A stretch of DNA of 64,000 bases, taken from assembly GCF_036321535.1 (NCBI RefSeq), contig NC_087437.1:49292001-49356000 (forward strand). The letters are read 5' to 3'. The stretch's first letter is position 1; every line of letters begins with the position of its first letter. The position numbers and the translations under genes were made by a program. The stretch is from Camelus dromedarius. Its lineage: Eukaryota. The notes below the pieces were generated by a model. It had not been told where the DNA came from. It saw only the letters and a program-made list of their open reading frames with translations, and made no database searches. Shown here one piece after another: positions 40,588 through 53,659 of this stretch.

Positions 40588-40921
40588 TCAGTATTTTCCA
40601 AAGGGTGGAGCTCATACCAGTAGTGAAATTTAAAATTTTGTAGGTGGTGCACGGACTAGTACAATAATAGTTATACATTTATATTTTTATTATATTTTAT
40701 TCATGGTTCATGATACAAGCTTTCTATTTGTAATAGTATAGACAGTACTCTCCTCCTCACTGAATTTATTTAATTTTAAAAAGCTACAATGAGTCAAAGA
40801 AAAGTATTTAGTAAATAAATATAGATTGTATGTAGACTTAGAAAAAATGTTATAGTGATGCATGTATTACCAAAAAACAAAAAACAAAAAAAACCAAAAC
40901 CCCAAAAAAGGGGAAACACGG
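40588..40921. mobile_element. MER112-like hAT-Charlie element
   Basis: Termini 'cagtattttccaa' and 'gggaaacacgg'; internal 'accagtagtg...taggtggtgcacggac'. Confidence 0.55.
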
Positions 40922-41084
40922 CTTTCAACTAAAATAAGATGTTGTCCAGATGTCAGCAGTGTCATCCCATTGTCCAAAATAGTCAGGTTAAACTTTTTAT
41001 TATTTTAAAGTTTTATAGTTATATGACATAAACTCAGTGGGATGGAGGGAGAGGGTAGAGAAAACAGATTTAAAACATTCTTTA

Positions 41085-41200
41085 TTCCACTCTTCTGTAA
41101 ACTCTCTGAAAATAGGGAAAGTCTTATCTTATTCACCGTTCTCAACATAGTGTCTTGCACTGAGTAGGTGCTAAATAAATGCTAGATGAAGGAATGAAAG
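41085..41200 (+). mobile_element. L2 3' end
   Basis: 'ctgtaaactctctga...catagtgtcttgcactgagtaggtgctaaataaatgctagatgaaggaatgaa'. Confidence 0.75.
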
Positions 41201-44200
41201 AATCGGTTAATGAAATGGGAAATGCTCTGTTGTGCATTCGAACTACAGTGAATGAGTGCTCTGGCCTGACTGGATGTAATTAGCCATAGGGCATGAGAAG
41301 GAACAGTCTCTCTGAGCCAGTCTACAAGAACAATTTAGGACTCTGCCTTGAAGATTTGAGATCTGCCTTTCTAATAGAAGGAACATAAAAGAGATTAACC
41401 TTTCTGCTATGTAACTACAGACCAATTGGTCCAGCTTGCCTTGTATCACTGCCATAGAAGAGAGATAATGAAAAACCCTCACCAAGTTATATGTATTTTT
41501 TAGAGGACTGATTAAATTAAGAGCCTATTAAATAATCTTTTGCTACCACCAGGGACTCTGTACTATGCTAACAATCCAAAGAGAAGCCATAAAAAACTGC
41601 AAATTATAGAGAGAGTTCACTGTGAACATACGAAAACTAAAAAGAGGAGTAGGGAAAAGCAACCTTTGAAAAGTGACATCTGGACAATTTTGTGTAGGAA
41701 AAAAATTTTTAAATGCTAAACATGGTTACTATCCATATTTTCTGCAGCTTAAAAATAAAATTTTGTATCTCTTATTTCAAAATGTTAATTCCTGCCATTT
41801 CTAGCTACTTAGGAAGCCGTCTTTCTATTTTGACAGTTTCAAGAATTAAAAGATCATTAAATTTTTTGCTAATAGAAAATCTTAAGAAATAACTCAGTTT
41901 CCAAGAACTAAGGATTCAATTATGATGACTAGCCCATATTTTTATTTTTTGCTATGACAGTTTAAAGAATGATTCTGTAACAGACAATGTCTTACAAGCC
42001 AGTTCAACCAGGAATTTCTTTCCTTTCCAAACTGTGATTGTCTCACAGTTACCAACACACAGATGAAGTTAATATCCTGGCCCTGTTGATGTCATTTTTG
42101 AGCTTTCTTGTCAACTATCATGAGAAATTTTGTCATTAGGCAAGTTGGTAGTTGCCCACTGCCAAGTCCTCTTGCCTCATTAGACCAATTTCATAAGCAT
42201 TTCTGAATCTATTTGGTAGAAATAGGATCCAGACATCCCTGTCTGAAATTAAATTCTCCCAGCAGTTACATCTCAAACAGCGGTCATCCCTTTGCTTTCT
42301 CTTTTTCTTGGCTATGCTGTGAGTTAAGTAGGATAGGATGAAGATGGCTTGGCTTTTAAACTTGCCATTCTCCAAGGGACACACACATATGGTCTCCTCA
42401 GTTTGAACAATTGCTGGGAGCAGGATTCAGTCCCTGATCCTAAGTTCACTATAAATAGCTTGACAAGGGGGGAAAATGACTTTCTTCCTCTTTGATATAC
42501 ACTGTGTCTAGCTAGATCCACTTACAAGTAGTTGCTATGTCAGTGCTTTGACTGCCCTTGCAAATCAATCAGAGGATCTATCATTGCTCTGTAACAAAAC
42601 AAATGATTTCTTAGTGTTGACTGACTGACGCTTCCATGATAAAAGGCAAGATACAAGCTTGCGTTTTGTAAGTCAAAACTAAGCTAAACGCAACACACAC
42701 AGAGCATGCTTTCTTTCCAGGGACTAAATAACAAGCATCATTTATTCATTTATTTATTTGCATATTTACACTCCCATTTTTGTTTGAGGGCATGTCAAGT
42801 AAGAGATTAGAAGGCAATTTTCACACAAAAGCCCCAAAGAAACATGATGTTATTCCGTGGAAGTTATTTGATTGTTCTTCATAGTCTTTTCCTTTCAATT
42901 GGCATTTAGAGAACTAGCCACACAAGCTGCTCCGTACCTTCCGCTTGATACTATTTCTTCCTGTTCTCCTTATCTGTACCTGCGAGGATGCACAGCTTTC
43001 TCTTTTTTCTTTCTTGTGGGTTTGTGCAGTTTCTTGATGTTTGTGACAGGCCACGATAGGGGAAGCTTTTATCACCGTGGGGTTTGGAGGCCTCAGTAAA
43101 TTGAAAATTGCAAATGAAATCCACTGGGCTTGAATTCATCAGCTATTATGTCAGATGACCTTTGGCAGCTGCTGATAAAAATGAGAGAATGTTAGCTCTG
43201 ATCCAATTTTCAGCACTAACCATTCCTTTTCAAATCCATTCACAGTCAGGCAGCAGACACATGGGAAGTGAAAATGATAGGGTTTCAAGAGAACGGCATT
43301 GTGTTGCAGATTAAGATTTTCTCCCCCTATTTCTAGAGGTCGGCCCCCAGGCCTCTGTCTGGTATCTACCTATTGTCCAATCAGTTTCAATATCTGCTTC
43401 AGAGGACATGTTAGCCATCCTTACAGATAAGTGCTTACAGGAGAGAATGTTGGACTTAATAGTTTTGCTTAGGAGGCTTCAAGGGTCGCAGTGTAGCAAT
43501 ATTGACTGGCACATGTTAGTTTAATCTGACATTCTAAGGAATGTGACACTAGATTCTTTCAGAGTTGTTGGTATCTAGGAGATTTTTTGTTACCAGCTCT
43601 GGTTTTATAAAATTTATTTTTGTACAACTATTTATATTCATGAGTGAGAGATATTCTAAAATGTCCGTCATAGCCAAGCAAGGCGGCCTGTGCTTGTCCA
43701 AACAGTGCACGGGTGCCACAGTCAGGAAACCGGGACACAGACGATTTGTGTGTGTTCTGTTCTTGCAATCTAGGTGAAGGTAAATGTCATCAGCAGTATT
43801 TCAGGAGCTAGATTATCCTGAAATAAATGAGCTCCTACAGACTGGTGGGTTCCCCAGTAAATGTAATAGGTTTTTATTATAGAGAAGAAAAAAATAGGTG
43901 TGATTTCTTCCGTGGAGGTAGCATGAACCAGCAAAATAACACTATGGATGGGTGTGTCATCAGTAGGATTTCCCTCCCTATGAAATGCAGGAACCTTCTG
44001 AAAATTAAAAAAAAAAAAACAAAACCTGAAGTTAACCACCTTTCCCCTTACTTGACTGTTCAGAAAAGAAAAATAAATCTCTCCTTCAGGTCTTTGAAAA
44101 TGCTGAGTTCATTGAGGGAATAGTCCCAAATAAATGTGCAGTCCAGAAGCATCAAATAATCAAAATCTATTTATCATAATAAGTGTTTTCAAAAAAAGTC

Positions 44201-44757
44201 ATATAAACTGAAAAATATTAAATCTGTATTTATCTAGGTGTTCCTGGTATGCAGATTTACTTTCATGTTTGCCCCTGACACTCTACTAGTTAACATTACA
44301 TGAAATCAGGTGTTTATATGCAAAAATACTTTCCATGGCATAGCAGTTGCTTTCTTTGTGCATAGCATTATGGAACTACAAAGCACTCAGTGACTCCTCC
44401 AAATGTCAGTCTTCGGGTGGGAAGAATATGGTTCTGTAAGCTTCCCTCATAAGAAAAACAAAGTGCATTTTATACTTAACGGATGTATAGTGTGCATATA
44501 GTATATCTTACTTTTAAAAAGTAATTATTTAAAGTTAATATCTCACTGTTTTCTCCCCTATCTTTTTTCTAGTACTTTTAAACCCTTTTAAGAGTGGACA
44601 GTGATCTGTCTTCCACTGAGCATATATTAAAAAACGCCTAATGATGGTGTCCAAAAAAATCCAAAAATGCACAATAAAAATCGATTATTATTGAATAATA
44701 TTTTAAAGGACTCAAAGTCAAGTTGTAAGCAATGATTGAATCTGAAATTAACAGAAT

Positions 44758-44830
44758 GGGGTGGGTAGAGCACATGCTTAGCATGTAGGAGGTCCTGGGT
44801 TCAATCCCTAGTACCTCCATTTTTTAAAAA
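44758..44830 (+). mobile_element. tRNA-Ala-derived camelid SINE (vic-1-like), short and 5'-damaged
   Basis: 'ggtagagcacatgcttagcatgtaggaggtcctgggttcaatccctagtacctcca'; the flanks share aaattaacag / aaattaagag. Confidence 0.85.
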
Positions 44831-45721
44831 AATTAAGAGGGACCACACAGCCAAAAAGTTCAGTATTCCATATATTTGGGGCAGCCTTTGATTTCCCCAG
44901 ATGATTGATTTTCCAGACTTTTTTAAACCAGTGATGGCACACATTTTAGACTCTCATAGATTTAGAAAGCCTCAATACATGGTTTTCTATCCCTACACAC
45001 CTCTGTCCATTTGGACCCCAGACAAATGCTAACCTGACTGACTCTATAAAACCACCACTATGACTTGGGGTGGTTTAGCCAAATCACCTTTCTGACAGAG
45101 CCGACAACAGCTTTAACAAAAGGTTGGAGTCTGCACCTTCACAAATTTGTCAATGACTGCCGTCACATATTGCTCAATTCATCCATATTCATATAGCAGG
45201 ACTTGTTTCTCTGAGTTACAGTTTCCTCCAACGTCTGCCTGCCTTTAGGTTTTGCAATGGATATTGCCACGACTTCTAAAGAAGCAAATGATTTAATAAT
45301 GAACAAGTTCTTGGGGGACTGCCGCTGTGACAGGGCCATGGCATTCAGCTTGGCCCCAGTCAGCTAACAGGTCCCTGCCAGAAGAAATAGCAGCACCCAC
45401 GCTTGGCTGTGCCCTAGGGCCTGGCTTTCAGCCACTGTAATCTGCATGCTCGTATAGATGGAGCAATTAGATAGGCCTATTAGGTTTTATGTCTTCATTA
45501 TTGATTTATAGTATGAACTCAGCATGACTATTGAACCAGACCTGCCAGTGAAACAATTGAGTCATTGATCTTTACATAGGCGTATATTTCCAATTTATAT
45601 TTGGGGAGGAAATACATGGATATACCATTATTTCTGGTATTTTGTCCAAGGGCTTGAACAGAAATTTGGGTTATTCATTGTTTCCACTTCCCGACCTTTC
45701 ATCACCATTCTTTCTATAGAA

Positions 45722-45925
45722 ACACTAATTAATAGAACTTTCTGTTGTTATGGAAGTGTTCTACTCTATTCTGTTCGATGTGGTAGCCCCTAGCCATATG
45801 TGGCTAGTAAGCATTTGAAATGTGACTAGTGTGACTTGAGGAGCTGTATTTTTATTTTTATTTAATTTGAATTTGAACTTAAATAGCCACAAGTAGAAAG
45901 TGGCTGCCATATTGAACAGTGCAGC
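45722..45925. mobile_element. MER3 hAT-Charlie MITE
   Basis: 'aatagaactttctg...tggtagcccctagccatatgtggcta...aaatagccac...gtggctgccatattgaacagtgcag'. Confidence 0.9.
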
Positions 45926-47134
45926 AGCTTTATGGCATACCAAACTTTTCCTCCCTCCATCAATAGCTTGTGTCAAAATTCTACCTGTTTTTCAAGACCT
46001 CTTTGAAAATCTGTTTGAACATAATTTTTGGTATCTATAGAGTAACAAACAGAATAACAAACTTAAAGTGTGTGCATGAAAGTCAGCAGCCCCAAATATG
46101 CCTCGTTCCTGACAACAGGTCCTCCTCACTCCCATGTTCAGAGTTAATTAGTCATGACCACACTTGAAGAAATCCAGGGAAAGGAACAATAAAGATTTCA
46201 GCCTTCTGACACCTAATTATACAGAAAAGCCCTTTGGGCCATTTTTCCTTTGTGAGAAATCTGGACATGAGGAACAGGAAGAGCAGAAGAGAAAGGAAGG
46301 GACAGGAGATTGAAGGGGAAAGTAGGGGAATCCCCCAGAGCTCACTATGGAAAAAACAAAAAACAAAAAACAGTGAATTCAACCAAGAAGAACCATCCCA
46401 GCAGCTCCCTTCGCCCTCTGCCCCCTTCCATTCACCTCAGCTGGGCACTGTCAGTTCACAAAATGCTGGGCACTGAATGGATTCCTAGAGTAAAACTTTT
46501 TAAAAGAATAATAAAATACCTCATATCAGAACACTTTGAAATTTTTTCTCATTCCCAGAAATATATACATGGAATATGTTGGTGTGGGAAGGGGGCTTCA
46601 TGAGGTTAAACTGTTCTACCCAGTGTTCCTTTAGAGACTTTATACCTATTCATTGTCTGTGAATAAATTACTTTAATAGGATCTTATGTCCCTGCACTTA
46701 AGTTTGTTAGTCTAGAAATACCCAAAATTATGTTCAAACAGATTTACAGCATTGATCCAACTTTACTAATCAGTATCTTCCACCAACATATTGTACTAAT
46801 TTCCTTTTTATGAAAACAATCATTCAGATGAATAAGAGCCAGTGGCATTAAGGGGTTCAGTTTAGGTAGAGACCTTAAAGAAATAAAACCTAAATATAAA
46901 TACTTACCGTACTTCACATTTCTTATGAGAACATCATCCTGAGGATATACAAATTTTTAAGTGAAGTATAGAGAGAAGTTTTCAGAGTCACAGGAAATTG
47001 TTTTAGTCCATCTGGCCAATGACTATTAAGTATTATTCAAGTCCAAAGCTAACACTGGCCATCCCTTTTGATGGTGAACAATAATAATGTCATAGCTTCT
47101 ATTCCTTAAGGGTTTACCGCGTGCAAATGTAGGA

Positions 47135-47518
47135 GAAGGTAAATAACTCTAGCTGCTGCAGTCAGGAAACCCCCAAGTACCAGTTCTTAATAAAAGACAT
47201 CTGATAGATATCAGCAGACTCTGACATGGGTCAGGTAGCTCTTCTCTGTGGCTTTCCTCTAAGTGATAATTCAGGAAAACACTTTCCTTCCATTTAGTAA
47301 CTGTGACATCTCAGAGTCTCTCGCTTCTAGCAGTGACTGTGGAATAGAGAGGACTCTTTCCTGCCCCAGCCTATAAGTGACATAACACTTCCCTTTACCT
47401 TCTGTCGGTGAGACAGTTGTATGACTTTACCTAGGTCTTGGGGAGCTGAGAAATACAGTTTAGCTCCATGCCAATGAAAATGAAATTCATGGTGAACCCA
47501 TATGTTGGATCTGCCACA
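47135..47518. mobile_element. MaLR LTR (MLT1-like)
   Basis: 'ataagtgacataacacttccc...gggagctgagaaatacagtttagct...ggtgaac...tctgccaca'. Confidence 0.65.
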
Positions 47519-47519
47519 G

Positions 47520-47690
47520 CCAGACACTTTATATATATTAACTCATTTGATGCTTATAAGAACCCTGGAAGGTAGGTGTTACTAACCTCACTTTATAGGT
47601 GAGAAGCCAGAGATGCAGAAAGTGTAAATAAGCTGCCCAAGACACACAGTTAGTGAGTAGTGGAGCAAGGTTCAAACACAACCTGTCTTT
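47520..47690 (-). mobile_element. MIR SINE
   Basis: 'attaactcatttgatgcttataagaaccctggaaggtaggtg...gctgcccaagacacacagttagtgagtagtggagc'. Confidence 0.85.
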
Positions 47691-49189
47691 AATGGATTAA
47701 AAAAATAAGATTTTATAAATAAACATACAAAAATACATATAAATGGACAAAGGATATAAAAAAGAAAAAAGGGCTAGTCACTTGGTTATGAGAAATGTTC
47801 AGGTGCAAAAATAGAGAAATGAAAGTTTAAGAGGAAAAAATTTTACCTGTGAAATTAATACCACCACCAAAAAGTTTAATGCTATACCCAATGCTGAAAA
47901 GAACACGATAGAAAATATATTGAAAGGAGAGTCACTGAAGTATTAATAGTGGTAATTTGATGATGATGAATTTATGGGTGATGTTTCTTACTGATTTACC
48001 TTTTTAAAGTATTTCATTTTATAAATATACATATGTGTATGTGTTTATACAGAGACACACAGAGACACACAGAACATAACTGCTTTGTAGGAAATTCCAG
48101 TTTGGGCTATAGCAGGATGAAAAATCTATGGTTAGCCCTCACTTCAAACAAGAACTCTGCTCATACAAGTGAACGTAATAGTTTAAAGAAATATGGAGAC
48201 ATACACGTTCCTGAAAACTTCCACTGTCTCAGAACAAACAATGTACTTAAGATATGACTTTGAAAAAATAAGACTGATTTGTTTCTGTGGCTTGTGGAAT
48301 CTGTCATCATTTTATGAGTACTCATGAAACCCGTGTCTTATAAATTCATTTCTATAAAGAAATACTGATTTTGGCATTCATAAAGCTATCAGAACATTAG
48401 TGGGGAGAGAATATTATCATGTAATAAAAAAGAAGCTATCGTGTCACCTAATAGTAATATCAGTCATATGAAAAGCAATATAAAGACTATAAATGCAGGA
48501 TGAAGTGGTTTAAAAAGACTAGATCCTGAGAAATTGGACAGAGGAATATTGGGGATAGAGGGTGTGGGTAAGGGGTCAGGGCAGGACAGAAGGATGGAAT
48601 GTTGCACAATGCTTATGTTTCTGGCCATTTGGGGAAATCCATTTTCAATTCAACAGCCAATTCAAACATGACTTTTTTAGCCAAAGAGTCTTTTAACCAC
48701 CTCCCTCCTCTCATTAAGACAGCTGCTCATACAAGACCCAAGACATGTATTTAAAAACAATTCTCTTATTTTCTGTATTAAAAAGAAAAAAACTTTCATG
48801 AAATTTAACTGCTAAAGACTTGCTCCTTTAAGTGAATTTTGAGAGATTCCAGTAGGAGAGTCTAAAAATAATCTGTAAATAGTAAAAAGTCTGAAATACA
48901 AAAGTGACTAAAGCCAATGTAGACCAACATAAAACTGGAAGAATATGGGGAAAGCAAAATAAAATGTAAAAAAAACATAGAAAATAGCTATCTATAACTT
49001 GGAAAAAAGGAAAATCTAATATGGATAAGGCCCACTTCACTAAATCTAAATAATGGATTTTCCTTGCTAACAAACAACATATGATTCTCAAAAATAAGCT
49101 TCCAGGTTTACATTAGTCAAAGAAACTGTTAGCAATGGTTATTTTGTAACATAGCCAGTTATTAAAGCAGCATTTTTATATTTTAATGC

Positions 49190-49395
49190 AACCTTTCCCA
49201 AATGTAGTTTATATAGTACCAGTTCTGAGATACAGCAATGGATACTATACAAATGAAGATCCTGTGCTGGGTGAAACAAATTATGAAAAGATTTATTTAT
49301 GATTAAAGAAAAACTTAGCAGAGCCTTTAGTACTAGTACTTACTATGGTTCTGTAATGGGAAGAGGGAAATAGAATGTTCAGGGTTTCACCAGCA
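49190..49395. mobile_element. MER103-like hAT-Charlie fragment
   Basis: 'tttcccaaatgtagtt...accagttctgaga...cttagcagagcctttagtactagt'. Confidence 0.55.
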
Positions 49396-49859
49396 GACCT
49401 TTTTTTTTTTTTTTTTTTTTTGCCTTGAAACATATTGAGGGACGTGTCTTTTTCTTCCTCTCTTTTTTTTTTAAATTTCAAGAATTTAATTTTCTTTCAT
49501 CAGGTCCCAATGTATGAATTCTTGGCTTTTTTTGATTTTTTCATGCCAGCTGAGACTCAACAAGAGATGATTAATTTCTATACATGTTTCTGAGACTCCC
49601 TGTCTTGAGACATGCTCTATTTTGAAAGCAATAAAACCCGGTGTGTCTGCTATTTTATTTTGATGTGCTCATTCACAGCAATCAGGCCATATTTAAAAGA
49701 GACTGGCTACACGTCATACAGCCAAAAGGTTAGGTGATGGGCTGTGGCATTAATGAAGGCTGTGGGGACCAGTGTCTTTTGGCTCACCCTCTGGAAGTAC
49801 TGATTTCGAACCACTTTTCTCCACCAACAGAGGCCTTCCTTTTTAGTTGTGAGCAAGGG

Positions 49860-50090
49860 GGATGATGCAGCGGTTACGAGTATGGACTCTGGAGCTGGCG
49901 TTTAAACTCTGACTTTCTGTGGGCTCTTGGGCAAGTTAGTTGATCTCTCCTTACTTCAGCTAATTAATCTCTAGGGTGAGCATAGCAGTAGTACTCAGCT
50001 AAGAGAAAGTTGTGAGCATTAGATGACTTGATATATTTAAAGTACCTAGAACATTTCCTAGCATGTGGTAAATTCTTAGTGTTAGCTCTT
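49860..50090 (+). mobile_element. MIR SINE
   Basis: 'gcggttacgagtatggactctggagc...cttgggcaagttagttgatctctc...gttgtgagcattagatga'. Confidence 0.85.
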
Positions 50091-50739
50091 GGCTACTAAG
50101 GCAAGTAACAGCTGCTCCAAATAAACATCCTTCTTTACTAGGACAACCCCAGATCTAGTTTGGGTTATGCTGTACAGGACATCTTTATTTTGTAGGGAGG
50201 TTTCTCCTAAGACTACAGATGATAAACATTTTTTAAAGTCTAAAATTTGTTATAAAAACCAGGGAGGTCTTTTTTTCTAGATTAAAACCGTGACCATTTG
50301 AACCTTTGTTTTTTCCTCTCAAGACCCTAATTCTCACTATGTTGCAGTGACGTAGTGATAAATGAAGTTATTTTCATCTTTGTTTTGCCATCAGGGCTCC
50401 AAAAATGACCAGATCCTTCTACTGAGGAATAGCTCTTAAATTCTGCATCCATGAATAACCAGAGAACTAAGGTCTGATTAGTGCTTCATCACTGACAATG
50501 TGTTTTCATATACGTAAGAGCACTTACGGTTCTTCTTGTATCATTTTCCTCTAGCCCAGGCTGTCTCCTTGCCCCATTCTGTAGGTTCAGCTGTGTATAT
50601 ATTCAGCTCCAAGCAGGAAGTGTGAATTATTTATTATTCATTTATTTAAATCCATTTCACATAAGAAGAATTTCAGACAGATAGCAAGAGATTGACTCAC
50701 TATTAACATTAGTTTTGCCTCTTGGTTATTTGTTTGTTG

Positions 50740-52056
50740 TTGTTATTATTCTTTTTTTCCTTTTTTTTTAAATTGAAGTATAGTCAGTTTAGAATGTTGT
50801 GTCAATTTCTGGTGTACAGCATAATGCTTCAGTCATACATATACATACATACATACCTTTTCATATTCTTTTTCACTATAATTTACTGTAAGATATTGAA
50901 TATATATAGTTCCCTGTGCTACACAGTATAAATTTGTTGCTTATCCTACATATAGTAGTTAGCATCTATGAATCTTGAACTCCCAGTTTATCCCTTCCCA
51001 CTCCCTTCCCCCCAGTAACCATAAGTTTGTTTTCTATGTCTGTGAGTCTATTTCTGTTTTGTAAATAAGTTCATTTGTGTCTTTTTTTAGATTCCACATA
51101 CAAGTGATATCATATGGTATTTTTCTTTCTCTTTCTGGCTTACTTCACTTAGAATGACTATCTCCAGGTCCATCCATGTTGCAGCAAATGGCATTATTTT
51201 ATTCTTTTTATGGCTGAATAGTATTCCATTGTATAAATATACCACAACTTCTTTATTCAGTCATCTGTTGATGGACATTTAGGTTGTTTCCATGTCTTGG
51301 CTACTCTCTGAATATATGTCCAGGAGTGGGATTGCTGGATCATATGGTAAGTCTATTTTTAGTTTTTTGAGGAATCTCCATACTGTTTTCCGTAATGACC
51401 ACACCAATCTCCATTCCCATCAACAGTGTAGGAGGGTTCCCTTTTCTGTGCACCCTCTCCAGCATTTATCGTTTGTGAACTTTTGAATGATGGCCATTCT
51501 GACTGGTGTGAGGTGATACCTCATTGTAGTTTTGATTTGTATTTCTCTGATAATTAGTGATACTGAGCATTTTTTCATGTGCCTATTGGCCATTTGTATG
51601 TCTTCATTGAAGAATTGCTTGTTTAGGTCTTCTGCCCATTTTTGGATTGGGTTGTTTGGTTTTTTTCTTATTAAGTTGTATGAGCTGTTTATATATTCTG
51701 GAAATTAAGCCCTTGTCAGCTGCATCTTTGCAAATATTTTCTCCAAGTCTATAGGTTGTCTATTTGTTTTGTTTATGGTTTCCTTTGCTGTACAAAAGCT
51801 TATAATTTTAATTAGGTCCCATTTGTTTATTTTTGCTTTTATTTCTATTGGCTGGATAGACTGCCCTAGGAGAACACTGCTGAGATTTATGTCAGAAAAT
51901 GTTTTGCCTATGTTCTCTTCTTGGAGGCTTGTTGTGTCTTGTCTAATGTTTAAGTCTTTAAAGCCATTTTGAGTTTATTTTTGTGTATGGTGGGAGAGAG
52001 TGTTCCAACTTCACTTATGTACATGCACTGTCCACTTTTCCCAGCACCACTTGCTC
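50740..52056 (-). mobile_element. 5'-truncated LINE-1 (camelid/artiodactyl type)
   Basis: Poly-T tail, a 3' UTR closely similar to the copy at 25810-26520, and the ORF2 C-terminus in antisense. Confidence 0.95.
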
Positions 52057-52249
52057 ACCAATACTTTCACTATTCCTAAAAAAAAAAAATCTCCTCAGCC
52101 ATTTGTGCTAATTGAGGTCTAGTCTCCCACCTTGCTCTTTTACTTTACTGCTTACTTTATTATGCAGAGCTGTTTAGTTCTTCTTAGTCTTTTCTAAACT
52201 AGGTTCTGGTATCCCATTGCCTATCAACAGACTCATTAGACTCATTCTT

Positions 52250-52457
52250 TTTTCTTTTTATTGAAGTATAATTGATTTACAATGCTGTGTTATTTTCAGG
52301 TATACAGCAAAGTAATTCTGTCATACACACACACACACATTATTTTTCAGATTCTTTTCCATCATAGGTTATTACAAGATATTGAATATAGTTCCTTGTG
52401 CCATTTAGCGTCCTTGTTGTTTATCTATTTTATATACAGTAGTGTAGTGTGTACCAC
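52250..52457 (-). mobile_element. Short LINE-1 3' end
   Basis: L1 3' UTR; TSD agactcattctt (52238-52249) vs agatgcattctt (52458-52469). Confidence 0.9.
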
Positions 52458-52741
52458 AGATGCATTCTTGTGCCAGGTCTCACCCTTTCTTTTTCCCTCC
52501 ACCAAGAGAAAAAGAATAAAATAGACATGTTTTGCCCTCCTCGTGAATTAGGCCACCTCCCTTAGAAGATAGAAAAAGCCAGTCAGTTTAATTTCTAACA
52601 GATCCCCCCACCCCCCGTCTCCCTCTCTCTTTCTCTTTCTGTCTCTCTCTCTTTCATACACACATACACATAAATTATACAATTTAACTACTTAAACACT
52701 TTATGCTACAACATAGAATATCATATATGATACCCTAATCC

Positions 52742-53407
52742 TATGATTCCCAAACCATGTTCAGAGGTGCCCAGAGTACCATAGTGAGCTCACAGGTGGT
52801 GCCATGGGGTATTTTATATTTATATTCTGGTATTTTACAGAGACACTGTGCAAACTACCAGCCCTAGGTGATTTGTAATTGAGGTTAGATTGTTCTGCAT
52901 TTCTTTTGATTATTTCATGTCTTTGCAAAACTGAGTTTTTTGTGGTTGCTTTGATAAAAAACAGGTACTCTATTTGGGAAAGGAGGAAAAGCAGTAGCTG
53001 GCATTTATAGCAGCTTCTCCAGGAGAGTGGTGCTGGAGAGGTGTGTAGGACTCTATGTGGCCAGCCACAGAAAGAAAGAAATAAACAAAAGAAGTACTAT
53101 ACTAAAAGCAATACAGAAAAGGAAATAAAGGGTGGTGGTAACCAATCTGATTCGAAGGATTGAGAAGTTTTGTAGTGGCCATTAAGTACACACATCCCAT
53201 TAGTAAGTAATTCTGATTATTTAAGAATAAAATGAAAATATTTTCTCTTTCAATTTATATGAATGATTTTTTTTCAAAGGCCACTAAACTGTTAAGACAA
53301 ATACTTATTAAGTCCACTGGACCTTACTACTTAATACATGAAACTATTAAGTCTTTTTTGGCCCTGGGGCACTGTGAAAAAATACCAGTAAAGTTTAAAG
53401 AACTCTA
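52742..53407 (+). mobile_element. MER119-like hAT-Charlie element, interrupted at about 52970-53098
   Basis: 'ttcccaaaccatg...cacacatcccattagtaagtaatt...tacttattaag...ggccctggggcactgtgaaaaaat...aagtttaaagaactct'. Confidence 0.8.
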
Positions 53408-53420
53408 CCGTACTCTTTTA

Positions 53421-53465
53421 TACACACACACACACACACACACACGTACATACATACATACATAC
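53421..53465. repeat. (CA)n/(TACA)n microsatellite
   Basis: Visible. Confidence 0.95.
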
Positions 53466-53659
53466 CGAAAAACCCATATTTAACATTAGGAAGAGTTACT
53501 AGAATAATTAATACAAATATCCAAGAAAATCATTACTATAAAAGCCTTAATTAATGATAACATTATTGTAATTAATTTTATCTCCCTTTAAATGTAAATA
53601 CCTGAAAAACTTTAAAGGTATAAAAATGTTTCTTTTTTTTCTCTTTCTTCAATTATTTT

